36,566 bases of DNA from Octopus bimaculoides. Lineage: Eukaryota. The notes beneath the pieces were generated by a model. That model saw nothing but the letters and a program-made list of their open reading frames with translations. It was not told the origin of the DNA and did not search any database. The position numbers and the translations under genes are program-made. Where the stretch lies: the NCBI RefSeq assembly GCF_001194135.2, contig NC_068981.1:136693420-136729985 (forward strand), written 5' to 3'. The number at the start of each line of letters is the position of its first letter. Position 1 is the stretch's first letter. This document shows, piece after piece, positions 31,014-36,566 of the stretch.

Positions 31014-31857
31014 CAATCACTCATTTACAAAACGCTATCAAATTAACTCGTAATATATGAGTTCCTCAAATAGTTCTAGAAAAACATGACATTCACTCCC
31101 TCATATGTTAAAAGATATCATAGATTGATTACGATTGACATATTTTATCTAAACATTCTTTATTTGTAAACCTAAATTAGAACACATATAAAGTCTTTAA
31201 ACACAAAATAGCGCATCATTTTTAGTTTAATTCATAGTAAAATTTACCTACAACAATTGCCTAATATACAATGCACTNNNNNNNNNNNNNNNNNNNNNNN
31301 NNNNNNNNNNNNNNNNNNNNNNNNNNNNNNNNNNNNNNNNNNNNNNNNNNNNNNNNNNNNNNNNNNNNNNNNNNNNNNNNNNNNNNNNNNNNNNNNNNNN
31401 NNNNNNNNNNNNNNNNNNNNNNNNNNNNNNNNNNNNNNNNNNNNNNNNNNNNNNNNNNNNNNNNNNNNNNNNNNNNNNNNNNNNNNNNNNNNNNNNNNNN
31501 NNNNNNNNNNNNNNNNNNNNNNNNNNNNNNNNNNNNNNNNNNNNNNNNNNNNNNNNNNNNNNNNNNNNNNNNNNNNNNNNNNNNNNNNNNNNNNNNNNNN
31601 NNNNNNNNNNNNNNNNNNNNNNNNNNNNNNNNNNNNNNNNNNNNNNNNNNNNNNNNNNNNNNNNNNNNNNNNNNNNNNNNNNNNNNNNNNNNNNNNNNNN
31701 NNNNNNNNNNNNNNNNNNNNNNNNNNNNNNNNNNNNNNNNNNNNNNNNNNNNNNNNNNNNNNNNNNNNNNNNNNNNNNNNNNNNNNNNNNNNNNNNNNNN
31801 NNNNNNNNNNNNNNNNNNNNNNNNNNNNNNNNNNNNNNNNNNNNNNNNNNNNNNNNN

Positions 31858-31908
<51 letters not shown>

Positions 31909-32200
31909 GTATGTGTATGTATGTATATGTATATGTGTGTGTATATGTATATATATATGAAATATATGGGTATGGATGTGTGTATATATGTGTGTATATA
32001 TAGGTGTATATATTTTATATATATATATATATATATGTATGTGTATATATATATATATGTGTGTGTGTGTATGTATGTATATGTGTGTGTATGTGTGGGT
32101 TTGTACGTAGGTGTGTATATAGATATGCATATATGTATATATTCGAGTATATGTGTGTTTGTTTGTGTGTATATATGCGCATACACAAAAGTATGATTGT
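31858..32200. repeat. (TA)n/(GT)n microsatellite complex
   Basis: Direct reading. Confidence 0.9.
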
Positions 32201-33233
32201 ATACATTCATCTCAATATTTTTGTAGAAACACAAGATTAACCCCATTTATAATGCCTTTTTATTACATAACATTCCTCTCCAATTTTTATCGGATTCATA
32301 TCATCCTATCGTCTCCTAATTCTACACTCTGAATTTTCTTTCCCCCTTTTTTTCTTTTTTCTTTTCTTTTCTTCTCTTCTTGTCCAACGCACTATCTGGT
32401 NNNNNNNNNNNNNNNNNNNNNNNNNNNNNNNNNNNNNNNNNNNNNNNNNNNNNNNNNNNNNNNNNNNNNNNNNNNNNNNNNNNNNNNNNNNNNNNNNNNN
32501 NNNNNNNNNNNNNNNNNNNNNNNNNNNNNNNNNNNNNNNNNNNNNNNNNNNNNNNNNNNNNNNNNNNNNNNNNNNNNNNNNNNNNNNNNNNNNNNNNNNN
32601 NNNNNNNNNNNNNNNNNNNNNNNNNNNNNNNNNNNNNNNNNNNNNNNNNNNNNNNNNNNNNNNNNNNNNNNNNNNNNNNNNNNNNNNNNNNNNNNNNNNN
32701 NNNNNNNNNNNNNNNNNNNNNNNNNNNNNNNNNNNNNNNNNNNNNNNNNNNNNNNNNNNNNNNNNNNNNNNNNNNNNNNNNNNNNNNNNNNNNNNNNNNN
32801 NNNNNNNNNNNNNNNNNNNNNNNNNNNNNNNNNNNNNNNNNNNNNNNNNNNNNNNNNNNNNNNNNNNNNNNNNNNNNNNNNNNNNNNNNNNNNNNNNNNN
32901 NNNNNNNNNNNNNNNNNNNNNNNNNNNNNNNNNNNNNNNNNNNNNNNNNNNNNNNNNNNNNNNNNNNNNNNNNNNNNNNNNNNNNNNNNNNNNNNNNNNN
33001 NNNNNNNNNNNNNNNNNNNNNNNNNNNNNNNNNNNNNNNNNNNNNNNNNNNNNNNNNNNNNNNNNNNNNNNNNNNNNNNNNNNNNNNNNNNNNNNNNNNN
33101 NNNNNNNNNNNNNNNNNNNNNNNNNNNNNNNNNNNNNNNNNNNNNNNNNNNNNNNNNNNNNNNNNNNNNNNNNNNNNNNNNNNNNNNNNNNNNNNNNNNN
33201 NNNNNNNNNNNNNNNNNNNNNNNNNNNNNNNNN

Positions 33234-33292
<59 letters not shown>

Positions 33293-33296
33293 TATA

Positions 33297-33450
33297 TAAC
33301 AGCACCCACTTTACAGAAGTTACTGGTTGCTTTTTATCTGGTCCCCAGATGGGAGTTTTTCACATGTCAACAGCACAGGTACTTTCTATGTGGTGCTGGC
33401 ACAGGTACATTTTATATGGCATATGCGCTTTTAATGTTGCACCAACACCA
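33297..33450 (-). mobile_element. LINE variant B fragment with about 5 units of the 26-bp repeat
   Basis: CCCACTTTACAG..TTGCTTTTTAT..GCACAGGTACTTT x2..GCACCAACACC, parallels 10570-10875. Confidence 0.6.
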
Positions 33451-33552
33451 GTGGGGTCATCAAGTAATTTGCAAAACAAAGACCTCTCAGTTGAGAGAAG
33501 GGAGCCGAACAAGCAAATTTCCTTCAACATTACAAAGGTACTATTACTGTAT

Positions 33553-33706
33553 ATGTAGCTGCGTGGTTAAGAAGTTCTCTTCCCAAACACATGATTTCTG
33601 GATCGGTCCCACTACATGGTACTTTGGACAAATGTCTTCTATAGCCCAAGGTTGGCTAAAGCCTTATTAGTGAATTTGGTAGACAGATACCAAAAGAAGC
33701 CTGTCA

Positions 33707-33738
<32 letters not shown>

Positions 33739-33760
33739 TGTGTGTGTGTGAGTGTGTGAA
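33553..33760 (+). mobile_element. SINE family A, 5' half plus (GT/GCGT)n
   Basis: GCTGCGTGGTTAAGAAG..GGATCGGTCCCACT..GAATTTGGTAGACAG..AAGAAGCCTG. Confidence 0.8.
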
Positions 33761-33849
33761 AGAGACAGTTAATTTTCCCTTGTCTTCACATGGTCATTCA
33801 GTGCAAACAATGCCCTTGCTGATGGTGTTGGACAGTATTGTTTGCTTAC

Positions 33850-33890
33850 TGTCTATTGTGGAAACAAATCTAGTCTTCTTGACGTGCGAG
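33850..33890 (-). CDS. Candidate coding exon, phase 2-1, SHVKKTRFVSTID
   Basis: Acceptor (T)13CACAAAG, donor GTAAGC, 41 bp, one frame open; phase-compatible with 22511-22619. Confidence 0.3.
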
Positions 33891-34136
33891 CTTTGTGAAA
33901 AAAAAAAAAAGACTCATTCAAATATTATTATTTCTTTCCAGTTCCCTGCGTAATAATAACTGGATTATTTGTTATTTAGCAAATGGGAAAATTATTCCTT
34001 TATTCACAAATATGTAAAGGCTGGTGTTGTAAAGAGAATCAGGCTGTAGAAAACGCTGCTTCAACACAGACTTGCCTGACACATGCAAACATGGACAAGT
34101 AGCATGATTGTGCCAGAGATGCTATCACTATATATA

Positions 34137-35319
34137 TCAGGTCGTCCCATAAGTTCTGTCCGAATTTTGAATAAAGAAAACAAGTGATCAAATGTTATAT
34201 TTAATTGAAATTTAATCATCAATATACTTTCCCTGATTATCTATGACTTCCTTCCATCTATTTACAAGCTTTTTAATCCCATCAATGTAAAACTCTTTTG
34301 GTGAAGAACTCCAAAATGTCAGTTTCGACCTCCTTCTGGCTTGCAAAAGTTATGTCCACCAAATGATTCTGTAAACTACAAAACAAATGGTAGTCTGAAG
34401 GACCAAGGTTGGAAGAATAAGGTGGATGAGGAATTTTTTCCCAGCCAAGCTCTTCGATCTTCTGTGATGTGATCTTTGCAGTGTGGGGTTGCGCATTGTG
34501 TTGATGAAACATCACTCCTTTTCAATTCACTAAAGCGGGTCTTTTCTTCAAAGTTTGGTTCAAATGCTCTAATTGCTGACAGTAGACTTGAGCATTGATT
34601 GTTGCATTAGGTGGTAACAATTCAAAGTGAATTACTCCTTTGCATTCCCACCAGATAGAGAGAAGAACCTTTTTCTCATGAAGTTCCCTTCTCGGTTGCG
34701 GTTGAGCTTTTTCCCTTTTACTAAGCCACTGTTTATGACGTTTAACATTTTGATAGAAGATCCATTTTTCATCACCAGTCACAAGTCTATCCAAAAAGGG
34801 TGAAATGAGTTCGCGAGAATGGAGAGAAGAGCAGATGTCAACTCGGGATTTGTGGTTGCTTTCGAACAATTCATGAGGCACCCATTTTCCNNNNNNNNNN
34901 NNNNNNNNNNNNNNNNNNNNNNNNNNNNNNNNNNNNNNNNNNNNNNNNNNNNNNNNNNNNNNNNNNNNNNNNNNNNNNNNNNNNNNNNNNNNNNNNNNNN
35001 NNNNNNNNNNNNNNNNNNNNNNNNNNNNNNNNNNNNNNNNNNNNNNNNNNNNNNNNNNNNNNNNNNNNNNNNNNNNNNNNNNNNNNNNNNNNNNNNNNNN
35101 NNNNNNNNNNNNNNNNNNNNNNNNNNNNNNNCATGTTAGAAAGGGTTTTAATCAAAGAAATTTTAATTCTATTATTCTGTAAAATAATATTTAATTAATT
35201 TAAATGTACACAAATGCATGAAAATGATTTTTAATTCCATTAGACATTCTAAAATACTATTAAATTTCATTCAATTTTAAAAAAAGGTAAAATCGGACAG
35301 AACTTATGGGATGACCTGA
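34137..35319 (-). mobile_element. Mariner (Tc1/mariner, DD34D type) transposon, both ends present, inactive
   Basis: 27-bp TIRs TCAGGTCGTCCCATAAGTTCTGTCCGA (34137-34163) and TCGGACAGAACTTATGGGATGACCTGA (35293-35319), 1 mismatch; TA on both flanks. Confidence 0.95.
34212..35134 (-). pseudogene. Mariner transposase pseudogene, partly in a gap
   Basis: VTGDEKW, KKVLLSIWW, HQHNAQPH (second catalytic D now H), HPPYSSNLGPSDY with 34-residue spacing; in-frame TGA at 34522-34524; frameshift near 34290; ends ..NQGKYIDD*. Confidence 0.95.
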
Positions 35320-35564
35320 TATTACAATATCACAAAGAAAACATGACTATATATATATATATATATACATATGTGTGTGTGTATATGTGTGTATGTATGT
35401 ATGTATATATATATATATATATATATATAACGCAATGACACTATCATATATATATATATGTATTCCTGCACATCACAAGCAAGGTCACAATCACTTTCTA
35501 TATAATAAAATCACAGAGACACTATTATTACACACACACAAGTAAATTCTCCTGACTCTTGAGC

Positions 35565-35795
35565 CAACAAAGGAGTCTTCTCTGTGTTAATAGCTCTCAA
35601 ATCACACCTTTAAAAAGAGAATCGACTAATTGCAGTATGAGATATATTATACTTCAGACTTGAAAACAAACAAAACCAAAATAAAAAACAAATCGAAAAA
35701 AAAAAAAAGAACAAAGAAAAAGATTTGATGATCATTGCTGAAATGCTTTTGATCATAGATTTCTGTTCAATCAGTGCAAACAAACAACAACAATC
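35565..35795 (+). mobile_element. Retroposon family F, degraded, with (AAC)n tail
   Basis: AACAAAGGAGTC..CTCTCAAATCACACC..GCTGAAATGCTTTTGATCATAG..CAAACAACAACAA. Confidence 0.5.
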
Positions 35796-36004
35796 TTGTA
35801 TTTCACCCTCTCTAATTAAGGAGAAGTAAAAGTACCCTTGACTTTTTGGAAGCTATCCCAGACTTTGGAAAAATTAGTGGTTATTTTTTTATTTTCCCTT
35901 CTTAACAATTATTTTGTTGCTTTAATCTAAGTTTTCCAAGTTACAGTATGTGCCTTGCTGGCCTTGAAAATTTTAATAATATGGTATTTCTTTAATGAAG
36001 GATG

Positions 36005-36248
36005 TTAACCCTATTCCTTTGAAAGTCAGATATATCCACTGAAAATTTCATTAGTATTTAACTATGAAAAGCAGTCTTATATATCGATCCATCTTTTGTT
36101 GAGGAATTTCATGTTTGGAACATATCATGTTTTTGTCGAGATATATTTAGTTTATTGAGGCAACGAGACTAGCAGAAAATAACCATTTTGGTAGATAACC
36201 TCATTACTGGAATAATCATGAAATTTAATTTTGTAATTAAAGGGTTAA
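36005..36248. mobile_element. TTAA-CCCT (piggyBac-type) MITE of a different family
   Basis: TTAACCCT ... AGGGTTAA perfect 8-bp inverted ends; body unlike 23537-23768. Confidence 0.6.
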
Positions 36249-36256
36249 AATTATGC

Positions 36257-36566
36257 TTTGGTGAGGCAAGACCTTCGTACATTGGGCCTCACCGAGGCGA
36301 TGACTACTGACCGAGACCTTTGGAAATGTGCTGTGCGTGAGAAGACCCGGCAAGCCAAGTAAGATCGTTGCAAGTGCCCCTGGACTGGTTCTTGTGCGGG
36401 TGGCACATGAGATGCACCATTTTGAGCGTGGCCGTTGCCAGTACCGCCTGACTGGCTCCTGTAGGATTTTCGAGCGAGATCGTTGCCAGTGCCCCTGGAC
36501 TGGCTTGTGCGGGTGGCACATAAAAGACACCATTTCGAGCGTGGCCGTTTTCGTGCGGGTGACACG
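36257..36566 (+). mobile_element. 5'-truncated RTE-clade LINE (ORF2 C-terminus plus repetitive 3' UTR), cut by window end
   Basis: 36261-36362 encodes VRQDLRTLGLTEAMTTDRDLWKCAVREKTRQAK*, the V..DL..LG(L)......DR..W...V ending typical of RTE ORF2; 115-bp internal repeat in the UTR. Confidence 0.85.

Larger units (their letters stand above)
29845..31277 (+). mobile_element. 5'-truncated Penelope-like retroelement with an inverted pLTR-like 5' segment; may extend to about 32400
   Basis: PLE linker and GIY-YIG coding remnant on the plus strand, hammerhead ribozyme on the minus strand at the 5' end. Confidence 0.8.

Noticed and set aside
4069-35155. Long ORFs of 200-390 aa made mostly of X
   Set aside because: They run through N gaps and have no sequence support
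1-36566. Whole window as one LTR element or a circular replicon
   Set aside because: The terminal repeat is an internal piece of a dispersed LINE UTR; there are no TG..CA ends, PBS, gag/pol or replication genes

Overview
AT-rich, repeat-saturated animal genomic DNA with 11 assembly gaps (about 4.3 kb of N). The SINE, LINE and microsatellite content looks like an octopus (cephalopod) short-read scaffold; this is inferred from recognised repeat types, not from a search. Nearly all ORFs in the supplied track are translations of microsatellites, N gaps or SINEs. Supported content: (1) three tRNA-derived SINE families, here called A, B and E, in many copies; (2) many 5'-truncated (GAT)n-tailed 3' ends of an RTE-clade LINE, whose ORF2 C-terminus is visible at the right edge; (3) a decayed mariner transposon with 27-bp TIRs and a separate mariner-derived MITE; (4) four TTAA-CCCT (piggyBac-type) MITEs, one inserted in a fossil hAT transposase; (5) a 1.13-kb non-autonomous Helitron inserted in a SINE; (6) a 5'-truncated Penelope-like element with a GIY-YIG endonuclease and an intact-looking type I hammerhead ribozyme in an inverted 5' segment; (7) several small minus-strand candidate exons that may belong to one unidentified long-intron gene. 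The first 58 and last 58 bases of the window are 57/58 identical.
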